Positions 1-13,084 of a DNA stretch of 64,000 bases are shown here, piece by piece; the first letter of the stretch is position 1, and the number at the start of each line of letters is the position of its first letter. The notes beneath the pieces are model-generated. The model saw only the letters and a program-made list of their open reading frames with translations, did no database searches and was not told the origin of the DNA. The stretch comes from Eledone cirrhosa (taxonomy: Eukaryota). The position numbers and the translations under genes were made by a program. The DNA lies in the NCBI GenBank assembly GCA_964016885.1, contig OZ024742.1, positions 220,100,001 through 220,164,000 of the forward strand, in the 5' to 3' direction.

Positions 1-3000
1 ATCCTTTCAACCTTGTCCACCACACAATCTCTTTCGCCATGGCCCCAGGCAGATGAAAACTGCCTGCCCTTCCTCCTCTTTAAAGGAGGATGGTGGGGCT
101 ATCTGCACAATGGACTCAGTTGATAACTGGATCTGTCCTATACGCAACAGCAGCTGTTTGACATAGCTCCACAAGTCAGCAATACTTGGGCACTGAACGA
201 TTGCATGCAGGACGGTTTTGTTGCCTTGCGCGCATCTCGGACAGGCTCGGCTGACAGCACCTCCGTGTAGAGCTTATCCGAACCGGCAACGTTCCCCGGT
301 AGCACTGCCAGGCCAGGGATTTCTGGAAGTTGTCCATAGGCCCCAGGCTGAAAGTTCACTTGAAGAGAGCGAACAGCTGATCGTCTTCGACGCCCAGGGT
401 CTCCCCGAGAACGTTGTTGCTCTTTTCCTCCACTAGCCCTCTATAGAATGCCGAAGTGGATATTCCACCAATACTAGTGGCCAGCTGATGGAGGGTGGTG
501 AGCTCTTGGAGACACTCCATCTTCCAAGCGCTATCCCTCGGTCTTTTCCTGATCCAGGACTGCTGCCCCGCCAAGAAGACGAGCTGGGGAGAAGCGCGTC
601 TGGTAAACGGCGACCACACCTGTTCACCATCAAGGAAACACCAGAGATGTCGCAGCCTCAGTACATGTTTGCGCATCATCAGCCATGGCATGCCTAGTCC
701 TCCACGCAAAGAGTGTTGACAGCAAATGGATCATCTGACCATGGGAGCACGTCCCTTCCACAAAAATCGGAAGAGAAGGCGCTCCATTTTGGTCAGAGTT
801 GGGCAGGGATGGTATGACAGTCAGGCGGTAGTAGATAACGGACGTGATGTACGCCTTTGCCACCTCCGCCGTCCATTCAGAGACAGCCTCCTCTCAGCCC
901 ATTTCTGGGTGAGAGAGGCCACCCTGCTCATCACCTCGCTCCAGTTTTTCTCCATCTGGAGGTCCGGATCAAACCAGACCCTGAGCAATTTAACCGGTCC
1001 TTCTGTCCAGCGCCCCATGGCATGGACTTTCCTCTCCAGGTGTCGAGTTGCAAGCCCTGATTTATTTTTCCTCCTGTCACAGCTTCGTATTCTATGAGAG
1101 GGTGCCAAGCATCTGGACGTGTTTGGTGCTCGACACCACCATGGTGATGTCGTCGGCATAAGCTGACACGGATCTCCCACATCCCAGTTCATGTGGGACC
1201 CCCCTCATTGTCTCCAATTTGTGCAGTAACGGCTCAAGGGCCAGTACGTACAAGAGGGATGAGAGGGGGCAACGCTGGCGGACCGAGCGCATGATGCTGA
1301 AAGGCTGCGACAGGTGACCATTCACCCTCACAATTGAGCAGATGTTGCTGTGCATCGCAGCGTACCAACCCCTAAAAATGTCCTGAAGCTGGCCACCTCG
1401 AGGACCGCAGCCAGGTACCGATGCTCGACCCTATCAAATGCTTTAGATTGATCCAAGTTGATCAGGGCCCCACCCATGCCACCCTCTCTATGATGTATCG
1501 CATGAGATGGAGGTTGTCGTGGATGGATCTGTCCGGAATGGCGCATGTCTGTGCCTCTCCCACCAGATCACCAATGACAAGCGCCAATCTCTTTGCTAAC
1601 ACGTTGGCCAAAATCTTAAACTCTGCATTTAGCAGAGTTATGGGCCTGAAGTTGTCTATAACATCCCCCTTGTTCGGGTCTTTTCTCAGCAGCGACACCA
1701 CTCACCAGCTCACAAAACTGGGAATGCTCCTGTTCTGCTGCCAGTTGCAGTAGACATCTGCCAAGAGGTCACCGAACAAGTCTGGCATATATGCATAAAG
1801 CTCGTAGGGCAGACCATCCAAACCTGGCGATTTACCCCTTGTGCAGTTGGGTATCACTTCCTGTATTTCACCTGCTGTTATCGGCTTTTCGCAGCACTGC
1901 ACTGCGATCGTCGAGAGCCGCGGCAGTCCATCGAGGTATGCACTGAAGTCCATACTCCGATCCAGCCCACCGCCGCTCCCGAACAATTGAGCAAAGTGCT
2001 GTTGAAAAGCCGCACACATCTGCTTGGGTTCGAACAACATGCGCCCGTTTTGATCAGGTAAAGACCGAATTGTGGACTTGTTGCCACGTCGTGCCTCCAC
2101 CCGGGCCCATTGAATGGCTTTCGTCCCCTTGTGTCTTAGAGCACGCGCTCTAGCTCTGACAACGCAGCCTTCATGCTTTGCATTGAAGAATTGGTCGAGT
2201 GCCAATCTCGCTGCAAGCATGTCGGTTGCGATGCCTGTCCTAAACGCCTCTTCTAGCTTTCTAACTAACTCTCCCGCTACTCTATCTTCCTCTATCACTA
2301 CTCCTTTGCTAAACCTTATCGATTCTACTCTAATAGCTCTTTACAGGGTAAACCACCACCTGTTGTTGACGATCGCACCTGTCTATGCACGCTTAACTAA
2401 TTTGCTAATCATGTCTCCGTAAGCTTTGCGCGCCAGGAACGACACGATCAGCTTCCAGTAGCCTATGGAGTCTAAGTCAACTTCACAGATCACAAATTTG
2501 TGGTCCGTGTAGTCGACTACTTTAAATTGTGGACAACCTATACTAGCCTTATCTGTTTCCCTACAGAATACCCTATATAAATACGATCTGGATGACCCAA
2601 TGCGGTTTGCCCATGTCCACATTGGCGCATTCGGACAATCCAGTCAATACCTGTCAAACAGTTCAAAATGTCTGAGCAGTTTGTTGAGGCTTTTACACCC
2701 TCCTACCCTGTCTACTAGCCCCACATAAACCCAGCGTGCATCTAAGATACTGTTCCAGTCACCCACTAACACTAAAGAGCAGGACATTCCAAGAAAGGTC
2801 TCTAGACGTCTGAAGAAATCTGGCCGTCCTGCCCCTGTTGGGGCGTAGATGGCTCCTAGCCTGAAAGCATTGCCTTCGCTGCCGGTCACGCCCAGCACCA
2901 CCAACTTACCTTCTGGGTCCAGGAAGATGGCTCGTATGGCGAGATCCAAGCCTCTCCGAAAAAGGACAGCAACTCCTCCCCCCGATCCTGGACGGCTGGG

Positions 3001-3184
3001 AGATGCGTATACATCGTAGCTGCCGAAGATTGGTGCAAAGGCTCATGCTTCAGAGATTCTGGTCTTGCTGATGGCCATCACATCTATATTTAGTGACCTC
3101 AAGTCGTTGAGCAAGCAGGTGACCCTGCTTCCAAGATGACCCCAGGCGATGTACATTTATACTGCCTATTCTAAGTACGACCAT
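1..3184 (-). pseudogene. ORF2 (APE endonuclease + reverse transcriptase) of the Tx1-like LINE, multiple frameshifts/stops
   Basis: ORF-track pieces 3050-3232, 2644-2949, 2383-2622, 1702-2298, 1462-1701, 1328-1546, 1092-1355, 821-1192 and 630-863 are collinear parts of one EN-RT protein. Probable ATG at 3184 (MVVLRIGSINVH). Confidence 0.9.
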
Positions 3185-3215
3185 GTTAGATGAGAAACGG
3201 GGTAAGTGAAAAAGA

Positions 3216-4973
3216 TCACTTACCTTTATCATGTGGGGAAGGGACAGTAGAACCGTCCCTTTGGCTGGTCATGGGTGTTTCCAAGATGATGTCGTTGTAT
3301 ATCCTCTTGGTAACCAACCCTCTGAAGTCTCCAACTGCGTTGGGGGATTTTTTTTTTTAAAGTTTATAATGTTCTATTTTAATTTCAATGATGTTTATGT
3401 TTGTCGGGAGAGTTCTTGGTGTTGGAAGGGTGTAGTAATTTTTTTCTGTGATGTCTGTATGCTGCTTTATATGTTGTAAGAGTTCTTTATTTGCCATGTT
3501 TATGGCTGTGTACTTTTTGAGGGGAGGGGTGATTTTGTTGCTGTTGGGTGTATGTGCTTTGTTGTGTTTGCGATGTTGGTGTTTTTGGCATGTCGGATTC
3601 CGTGGCGTCTGGGAGGGGTATGAACTCCACTACTGTTGGTGGTGGTAGTGGAGCCCGCTCCGGCGATTTTGCCGCAGGTGTAGCTACTGCGACTTGGTGT
3701 TGCCGCAGCTGCTGCTGCTGTTTTAGTTGTCCGTGACCTTGGTATGGGTGCCACGGACGTTGCCCTCCTACTTACTATGGAAGGGTCTTCTGCCTCTGTT
3801 GCCTGCCCTGCTCTTGGTAGCAACGGATTAGGCGTCGGAAGGAGGGGGAGGGGCCTCTTCTTGGCTGTCTTCTGCGGGCAGAAGGCCCTGAGGTGACCCT
3901 TCTGCCCAGAGATAGCACTTTGGGCACCTTCCTTCCATGCTTATAAGGAGTTGGAGTCCTTCCTTGAGGTCTATGATATCTGGGATGGCCTCGATGCACT
4001 CCTGGTTAGTTTGTATTAGCATTTACATGCCTATTCCTGACCAGTTCTCTCTTCCCATTCTCTGTATTTGCAGTATTGGGGTCTTCAGACACGGCCAGAC
4101 AAGGTATGGGGACGTCGGGCGGGATCTGGGTCACTTTGACCCTTACAATTTTCTGCGCACAGTAGCAAGGCACCAAGACTATCTCCTCACTCTTTAGGGT
4201 TTCCAAAGAGTGAGACTTCGCCTCTTGGGGGGTGGCGAAAAGTACGTCTACTGTGGCGTACTTTTTGCCTGGAGTGATGTGGGTTTTGCGCACCCAGACA
4301 CACCCCAAGGCCTTTTGGATGTGAGCCTCCGTGGCTCTCTCCACCCGATGTGACATTTTGCTTACAGTGTGGTAAATTACTGTGTGCAGCTGCTGGTCTT
4401 TGAAGAAATCAGGTGCAGGTTTCAGGGAAACTCTATTGTCATTTCTTGTCACCATGGCTCTTGCAACTGCCATCTCCTTCTCCGTGACTAGCACTGTCTC
4501 TATATTTCGGGCCACACCTGCAAAAGAAGTGGCCCCTTTTTCAGCAGTACCATTATTGCTGCCACTATTGCTGCTACTGGTTTTGTTGTTGGTGCTGTTG
4601 CTGTTGTTACTGCTACAAACAGTGTTGTTGGTGATGTTGCTGTTATCACTGTTGTAGTTCGTTGTGTTTTTGGTGCCACCATTGTTGTTTTTGGTTCAAT
4701 TTGTATTGTTGCTGTTTGTGTTGTCATTGTTTATTTGCTTGTTAGTGGTGCTAATATTGTTGTTGCATTTGTTGTCATTTTTTTCTGTCTGTTGTCGCTG
4801 TTATTGTTGTAGTTAGTGCAGTAATTTTTTTTTAAATTAGTGTTCTCAGTGTTGTCTTTGTTTACATTGTTTGTGGTGGTGTTTGTTGTATCAATTTCTG
4901 TAACCCTCCTCTCAACTTTTACGCCATTGTCACACGACAGCAGACATATTGCTGGGGGGCGTGGCACAGCCAT
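3216..4973 (-). pseudogene. ORF1 (gag-like, CCHC zinc knuckle, Thr/Asn-rich low-complexity N-terminus) of the Tx1-like LINE
   Basis: Fragments 4731-4973, 4006-4515 and 3828-4022. Correcting a 1-nt frameshift near 3905 restores CYLCGQKGHLRAFC (CX2CX4HX4C). Probable stop TGA at 3218-3216. Confidence 0.75.
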
Positions 4974-5679
4974 TTTTTTTTTTTATATTTAAAAGTAAAA
5001 TGTTCAAATATTGTTCAAATATTTGGACCAAAAAGCCCAAATATTATACTTTCCTCTTCACAGGGCAAATTCCAAGGGCTTATATCCCTTACACAACAAG
5101 AAAAATTAAACAACAAATAATTATAACAGGTAAATAAAGCGACTTACTGGGAGCGAGCAAAAAGACGTCCGAACAGACCAATAATAATAATAATAATGGT
5201 TTCTTATATAGGCACAAGGCCTGCAGTTTTGGGGGAGGGGAAAGTCGATACTGCCAATCCACTGCCTTACTGATATTGATAATAATAATAATCATCTTGT
5301 TACTTTATTTGCTTTAAGAGCCTGTACATTCATACGTGTTACAAAAAGGCGTTACAAACTGTTTAGAGATGTTATATAAGGGTGAGGGGTCACCACAAAG
5401 TTGGCCACTTTTATTACTGGTATTGGAATCTAGGACTCCCAAAATACCCTGTGCATTCTCAAGATTGAACTTGGTTTGAATCCTGCAATGTCCCTTTGGT
5501 ATTTGACATGTAACTCTTGATAGACTGTGTTGGCTTCATTTTATTTTCCCCAGCAATCTATCATTTAAGGGTTCCACAAAATCTGATCCCATCTACTCAA
5601 TCAGCAATTTGCCTCCACTTATCCATCTTTAGTTACTTCAAATGATCCTTCAGGTTTTGTTGGTACAATGAATTGAGTG

Positions 5680-5960
5680 AAGGTGTGTGATTTAGTAGTA
5701 AGAGTGTTGGACTTAAGATCATAATGTTGTGGGTTTGATTCCTGGACTGGGTTGTGTGTTGTGCTCTTAAGAAAAACACTTCATTTCACATTGCTCCAGT
5801 ATACTGAGCTGAAAATGAGTACCAGAAATAGCTGGGGGTTTACTTTGCATTCAACTGGCATTCTGTCTAAAGGAGAGTTTTGCACTCGCAATTGCTTCAC
5901 ACCACGGAAACTGGGATAAGCGCTGGCCCGATGAACCTCCAGGCTCGAGACAGTTTGAAA
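5680..5960 (+). mobile_element. tRNA-derived SINE (family B), decayed
   Basis: A/B-box-like head (tgatttagtagtaagag...gtttgattcc), body cacttcatttcacattgctccagt, 3' stem-loop tail. Paralogues at 14035, 20894, 27045, 28880 and 50058. Confidence 0.75.
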
Positions 5961-6099
5961 ACTAGCAAGATCCTGACTAAGTCCACTTTTCTGTGTTTTT
6001 CACATCTTTTTCCAGCTACTTCGACAACTTCACATTTTTTACTTGTTCTCCATTGTCACAATATGATGGAATGATACTGGAATGGCACTACTGGGAGGA

Positions 6100-7181
6100 A
6101 GTCCTTCAGCTTCATAGTTATCAGCTCTTCCCACTGAAGATGAATTGATTTCTTTTTGCTATCATCAGAGCTGCAATTGGTAGAGCTCTGAAAACAACAA
6201 TTTCCATGACTTACTGCTATTGTTGTGTTCTCTACAATTGTTGCCACCTCTGCTGCTGTTGCCGCCTCTGCTGCTGCCACTGCTGCTGCTCATTCCGTTC
6301 TTTTCTTTACCGCTTTTCCAGAAACTCCTCAAGTGGCTCTTACTTCCACATGTATAGCATTTGGACTTCCTATCATGCCCCACTAGTCTAATTGCTTTCC
6401 TTTCTATCCCTACAATGCTGTACAGCTTTGGAATACCTGTGTGGTCTTCCATACAGGATCTACATGAACATATCATTCCATGTCAGGGGTGTAGCCAAAC
6501 TCACTACACTTGGCAAATACAGTGCTGTGATTGAGGTGATGATATATCCATACCCATGCCCCAGGCTGTAACCCTTGCATTTCCTCTCCCCATATATTGC
6601 AGCACCAGCCTGTAGGTAAGTTTGTGGTACAACAATCCAACCTATCGCCTTGCTTTATCCTTGGTTTTAAAACCAGAAACATGATTCCAAATGCTCCACC
6701 CTGATTGACAGTATTTCTATTTTGTCCTGCATTGCCTAGAATTTTTTCCGAATGTTCCATTGTGAACATATGGAAGACCCCTTTTGTTATGGAAAAATAC
6801 AGAAGTATGTTACACTCTTTGCTTGTTCCTAAATATTCAGTAAAGTGTACAAGATGGTACTGTTTCTTCCTTGATGTATTTAATGGATAAGAAAGAATTA
6901 TGCCATGGTCTTTTAAGGCAGTGAACTTATATTGAACAACCTCAAATTAGCAATGCCAGCAAAACTGTTACAATTAATGATATTAACAATATTGCTATGT
7001 TTTCCTTTGTTAACATGTAATTATCTGTTCTAATTGTTCAAATGTAATTATTTTCTCTCTTTTTTTTTCAGCTAGTCATTTTTTAAAATCTCTCATTGTT
7101 TGAAAAAATATTTCCTTAAGGGCTTAATTAGTGCTGCTACACTTGTGATTAATACTTGTTACCCCAGAAGAAGAAGCCATC
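6100..7181 (-). pseudogene. Second, older ORF1-like (gag/CCHC) remnant of a Tx1-type element, no ORF2 visible
   Basis: ORF 6165-6476 reads IPKLYSIV...GHDRKSKCYTCGSKSHLRSFW, collinear with IPDIID...EGRCPKCYL of the ORF1 at 3828-4022. Confidence 0.6.
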
Positions 7182-8953
7182 TTTAATAATTAATAAACAA
7201 ATGTTTGTACAAATATAAAATATAATTGTTCAAGAAAAAAAATTATTTTCCTGCCCCAAGATAACTGGAGGATGGACACTCAGATTTTCTAAAGATTTCT
7301 ATTGGAAAAACAATAATAATATAACCTTCTTTCATAAAGTATATTGTGGTAAAAATCTAACTTTATGTGGAGCTAGCTATCTCAAAAACGTCCATGCACT
7401 TCAGCATACAATAACAAACATAATAATAAAAATAACAATAATAATAATAACGACTTTTCACAATAGAGCAAGACTACAGATTTGTAGATGAATAATCGAT
7501 TGAATCGCCCCTGTCCATGCTTCGTACATGTTTTATTGACTTAAAAGAGATGAAAGACAAAGTTAACTCAGTAATGTTTGAACATATAGGCGGAGACATT
7601 CTAGTTATTTCACTACCACCACCACCTTCCATATTATTAATTATGATAACAACACTAATAATAATAGTAGAAGTCTGGTTATCTCTTTAACAAAATTTGT
7701 AATAAACTTATTGTAAAAGTGTGTTATAGAATATTGTTATTCAAAAACAGTTCTTAGCAACCAAGTGCCATTAAAAAACCAAAACCAAAAATAAAACAGA
7801 AAAAATATCACACTTGAAGAGTTAATTATGATCTTGATAGAATATCCAGACAATGGTTGCATATCAACCAAAACTCTATTTGATACATTGATAGCTTCAG
7901 TAAAAAGTAATTTTCATTTATAATGCAACTACTCGTCTCTTCCTATTCAAGTCAGCTTATCCTGTATTTTTGAATCTCATCTTCTGCATATAGACCCCCC
8001 CCCCCTATCTTCTGACTCTCTCTATCTCTTTATCTTTCATTTTTATGCTGTTTGCCTATTTTGTATTCTATTTCTCAAGTGAACAGTTATCCATCCATAT
8101 TATGTGTTTCTATCTAGATGAATTTCAAACAGTACGTATCCACCTTATTTAGGTCAGTCTTTCAGTAGTTATGTCTTTGATATTTTAAAACTGATTCTGT
8201 ATTCTTGTTTTTAAGTTAGTTTTCATTATGTTCAAACACTACACATAACTATCCATCACAAGTTTCATTTTATCATATCAGCTCTTCCATACAACAGTGA
8301 TCACTAAAAATATCTTAGATGTGCATTGAAACACTAATCTAATCATACTGTAAGATGATCTAATTGACTTTGCTTTCAGTTTGCTTAGAAGGAAAGTGTT
8401 GTTCAATTCTAAAACAATTTCTGATACAAAGAAATTATTAAATTTATTTATTGCTTTTTAGTTTCTTTGTTACCTGAAATACAGATCGGTAGACAGGATT
8501 AGCCTGTAACATCTAGAGGCCCTTTATGGGTTAGTTACAAATAATGTCTTGTTAGTTAATTTAAAACAAGTAAAATCCTGTAGGACTGTCATATTATATT
8601 AAATCAAAAGGAGGATATACTGTAAACGTTTCACTTGTTTTTCTCAAGGCTCTTTGGTGTATCTCTACTTTAAACTACAAACTAATTAAATCTAAATTAT
8701 AGACTGCTCCTTCTACCACTTACAGCATTATACAATACTTCTCTATGCAATCTATTTACAGCCAGGTGGACTGAGTTATCAATGGTTAAGAATCTTTTTC
8801 AGATGCACACACATACACAGCAATAAGGGGAGAAAGAATATAAAGATTGAATCATTAAAAAAATAGAATTATCATAAATGTGCTTAAGTATAACTTTTAT
8901 AATTAAACAATATTCAATCTGTAATAGATTCAAAAACATTTTTTACATTTTAA

Positions 8954-9198
8954 CTCTTTTGACACCAAATTGCCCTCCAATCTATGATACAAAATTGTTT
9001 ATTCTAAAGTGTTTATATTTATCTAAAAACTCCCCATCATAATTTTATGCAAGAACCTTTGTTATGTTATGTTCTTACACCAGTTTACTAATGGTAAAGT
9101 TAATTATATTACTCAATCCCTCTAAAATTTTTATTATTTTCAAAGTTATTTGAAAATCATAAACAATATCTTTCATAACAAATATTGTAGTGAAAAGG
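8954..9198. mobile_element. piggyBac-type MITE (TTAA-flanked)
   Basis: TTAA|ctctttt at 8950-8960 and gaaaagg|TTAA at 9192-9202. Imperfect short TIRs. Confidence 0.45.
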
Positions 9199-9557
9199 TT
9201 AAAATGAAACGTAGAAACAGATAGAGCTCTGGATGAACAAAAAAATGGGCTCCATATCTACTTCACAGTCGATGGGTTAACAGGCTAGTTGTAGCTGTGA
9301 CAGTTGAACAAGAAACAGGCTCTCCTGCAACTTCACAGCTAATTTAACAAATTAGTAGTAACTGTGACAGAATTGCACCAATAAACATACCATCAATCCA
9401 TAACATTCTCCTTCTATCCCTCTTGGTCATCAATCAACCACCAGCTTCCTCCCTGTCCATTCCTTGATGTTGCACTTGCTTAACCACCCCTCTATGACCT
9501 TCTTATGCCTCTTCTTTTAATGCCTGGCAGCTGGTAATGTTTTTCATATCCTGCATA

Positions 9558-9752
9558 AATAATTGTTTCTACGTTTGGCACAAGGCCAGAAATTACCCAG
9601 AGCATTACTGGTACTTTATTTTATCGACCCCATAAGGATAAAAGGCAAAGTTAACCTCGGTGGGATTTGAACTCAGAATGGCAAGGGCCGTAACTCTATA
9701 CGTCAAAGCATAGCGTCCGACCCTCTACCGATACTGCCAATCCACCGCCCTA
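9558..9752 (-). mobile_element. SINE family A (tRNA-like head + Deu/Nin-type domain), young copy
   Basis: Minus strand reads GGCGGTGGATTGGCAGTATCGGTAG...GAGTTCAAATCCC...GCCTTTTATCCTTATGGGGTCGATAAAATAAAGTACCAG...GGCCTTGTGCCAAA...GAAACAATTATT. Confidence 0.88.
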
Positions 9753-11469
9753 AAATAATATTCATAATAATATTCATATTCCTGCATAAATAATATTCTT
9801 GCATCATGAGTTAACCTTCACTCAGAAACACAGACAAAAATGTTTACAGTAAGCTCTTTTTTCTTACCCACAGTTATTAATGAATGTCTCACATTCTCAG
9901 TTAGATATATGCATTTGTGTAGGTATAAATAAATGCATGTTCTTACATGCACATTATATATAATTATAATCTAAACCAGGATGTAAAAACGCAGCTGTAA
10001 AAATTATGACTTTGAGGTGCAGCAGGTGGGGAAGGGGTACAAATAATGAAAGGAGCAAGCATCACATAATATAGAAGTTGAGAATATTTGTATTACCAGT
10101 GGTTTCCTAGACATAAAAGTATCTAACTCTTCAAATGCCTATTTATTCATTGTTCTGATAACTCCTACCATTTTCCTCCCTTTCTCTTTCTCCCCCTTCT
10201 GTGTTTAAGTGAGGGGTCATGTTATGTATATATAACACTGCCATTTTAACTGATCACCACTCCCTACAATCTATTTCTTCTCACATCATACACCACCCAT
10301 CACATAACTCACACTGCTTTTCTTTCTCCTCCTTCTCTACTTCTATCCTTTCATATCACCTCTCTAATTATTTCATTTTCTTATTCATGAGATTTTTATT
10401 CTCTCTCCAAAAAATGACAATTGTTCAAAACATAAGACAATATAAAACATTTTCCAATGTTTGAATTATTTATATTACAATTTTTGTTTATTTTGTTGAC
10501 TAAGAACAACAATCACTAGTTTTTACAGCTCACACCTTTTTCTTTTACTACAGTATATTACTAGCATTTATTTTATTGGATCAAGGAAGATGAAGGGTAA
10601 AACTGATTTTCTATCTTGGAAAGAAGCATGACTATACATTGCAAGGTCTTTAACTCAGTTCTCTATTCATTCTGCTAACTCCCCCACCATGGTCTTCTTT
10701 ATTATAATCACAGTATTACACAGCTTTGACTAGGTTTACAGAAAATATCAGAAAAAGCCATAGGTCTCATTGAAAAGATGTGCCACCATGCAAAATTTCA
10801 GTTACTTAGGTACAAATGTATGACTTACAGCTTGAAACATACACACATACACACACAAACACACATTCACTTTTATATATTAAGATAATAAAATGTATTA
10901 GCATTAGTGGATTAGATATAAGTGTGCAAAGCAGGCTATCTTTAGTTGCCCTTATTTGTATTATTTCTTCTGTGTTTTACTGGGTCAATCTGAATTACAG
11001 CATTGCATGTTTTCTTAGATATACAGAATTCCAACTAATATTTTCCACTAAGTCATAATACTTCTTTATTTAGTTCCCATCATTCATTCTTAAATCCCAT
11101 GCAACCTAAGTCTTCTCAATAGAATCAACTTTATATCTTCCATTCTCAGCATTGTCTTAGATTACTTAATGCTTTTAATTCTGAAATGTTTCTTTATTCA
11201 TCCTAGTTCAGTGAATCCTTCATCAGTTGATCTTATACATTTTATTATCATTAATCTATCTTTGTAGTTTTTTGTTTCTTTTAGAAGAATAATCTATGTT
11301 TTAATCTCAAACAACGATTACATGTATCATATATCATGCAACTAAATTTTGGTACAAAACAAGTATAGACATTCTCTCAGCTTTCTATAAGTTATCATTG
11401 GAAAATATTTGACAATTGAAAGCGTTATACACTATATTTCCAGCACACTGGATATATATATATATATAT

Positions 11470-11757
11470 AGAAAAAGAGATGAAATCGAAAATGCAACTG
11501 GAGTCTTATTTTTTTTTTAAATATATATATTTATTTGGTTCCTTTACCGGTTTCGCAGTTCTTCTGCTTTTCAAAACGTGAGTTGAGATGGAGGGTCTGT
11601 GGTTTTTCTCAGATGTGAGAAAAACCACAGACCCTCCATCTCAACTCACGTTTTGAAAAGCAGAAGAACTGCGAAACCGGTAAAGGAACCAAATAAATAT
11701 ATATATTTAAAAAAAAAATAAGACTCCAGTTGCATTTTCGATTTCATCTCTTTTTCT
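11470..11757. repeat. Palindrome with 142-bp arms and 4-nt loop (PLE pseudo-LTR fold-back) inserted in (TA)n
   Basis: 11470-11611 is the reverse complement of 11616-11757 (no mismatch seen by eye), loop GATG. (TA)n at 11452-11470 and from 11824. Confidence 0.95.
11651..11686 (+). ncRNA. Minimal type-I hammerhead ribozyme motif, U3-A8 variant (mirror copy on minus strand near 11541-11576)
   Basis: TT-TTGAAAA-GCAG(AAGAA)CTGC-GAAA-CCGG-TA-AA: core with C3U/G8A covariation, 4-bp stem II, palindromic ACCGGU stem III, GUA triplet. Confidence 0.65.
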
Positions 11758-12139
11758 TTATACTTTCACTCGTGTAGGACACCTCGATTATTTTTCATTT
11801 TGTAAAAAAAACCTCACTTTCTAATATATATATATATATATATGTATGTATGTGAGTGTGCATGTATGTGTCTAAATCCATTATTTCGCATCTTAGTTGC
11901 GTTAGGGTGGAGGTGTAGGACAAAATAGTCAAACATTGAGCAATTTATCATAAACTGATTTATTCCAACTAGTGTCATTATCACAAAGTTTTGGTCATTG
12001 TACCCTTGGGTCTTAATCAGGAGTCTGTTGTATTCGGTAAAGTTCTCAAAATCTTAAGTCACACATTTAATGGGTGTAACATTGCGGCTATAACAATGAA
12101 GAAGTGTGCATTAGTTCAAACAAATTAGTTTATAATAAA

Positions 12140-12345
12140 GATTTTTAATTTAGGTACAAGGCCAGCAATTCGTGGCAGAGAAAAAGTCGAATATATCATC
12201 CTCAGTACATGACTGGTACTATATTTTATGAACCCCTGAAGGATGAAAGGCAACATTGAGACCGGCAGGATTTGAACTCTGAACATAGAAATTAGTAACT
12301 AAATACCACAAAGTATTTTGACGATGCTCTACCAATCCACCATTC
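12140..12345 (-). mobile_element. SINE family A, older copy
   Basis: ggtacaaggccagc...gactggtactatattttatgaacccctgaaggatgaaaggcaac...ggatttgaactc. Confidence 0.75.
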
Positions 12346-13084
12346 TAAAAACAATCAGTCTATAATAATAATTCCTCATCTCAGAAATTTAGACAAATTA
12401 AACAATTTAGTCACTGGCATAAACATGTTTTATTTTATCAGCCTCGGGAATGAAAAACCAAATGAAAACTTAAAAGTCTATTCTGCTTCCAATCTAATCC
12501 AATCCTGGTTGGCCTCCACTGCTATTTATTGGTTTTGGTTATGTCAGGAGTGTAACTGTATTCACAATGCTTGGCCAATTGTGGGCTAATGAAGCTAGTT
12601 AACCCATAGTTGGGGTGGATGGTCATTGACTCTGAGGAGTTCATCTGCCCTTTTAAAAACTCCTTTTTTTTTGTGCTGTTGGGGTTCCACTTATACTTAC
12701 AGTGTATCAAATTTAAGTTCACTGTTCCAAAACACAGAACACGATACCATACAATCTGTGTTTTAGGCTTTACATATAACAAAATCACTACTTAGTTCAT
12801 CAATTACTTCTATTCTGACTCCTTATATTGAATGCTAACTTTATTCTACAGTTCTTCAAATATTTCTCAAAAGTGTGTCAAACCAATTGCACACGTTTTC
12901 TTTTTTTTTGTGTTTGGTGAACCAATGATTATAAAAGCTTCAATAATTATGATAAATAGTAATACTTTCAAAACAATCTTGATAAATGCTATATAAGTAC
13001 TAAAAAATATATCTATAGATTTTTAGCCAATACTGAAGGACCCTTCAGTTGTGTCAAGGACATGACAATCTCCTTAGTGTTGGT

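Larger units (their letters stand above)
1..4973 (-). mobile_element. Tx1/L1-clade non-LTR retrotransposon (decayed ORF1 + ORF2), 3' end beyond window
   Basis: Minus-strand ORF fragments carry APE endonuclease motifs (IGSINVH, GAIYAP, LVGDWN, TDH) and RT motifs (KSPGLDGLP, FRPITLLN, LDQSKAFDRV, VRQRCPLS, SAYADD), preceded by a gag-like ORF1. GC-rich relative to the flanks. Confidence 0.92.

Noticed and set aside
8470-8485. AG|GT ratchet-point-like sites (here on minus; also about 33332 plus and 48447 minus)
   Set aside because: Weak donors or pyrimidine tracts, on both strands, and expected by chance in 64 kb without transcript data.
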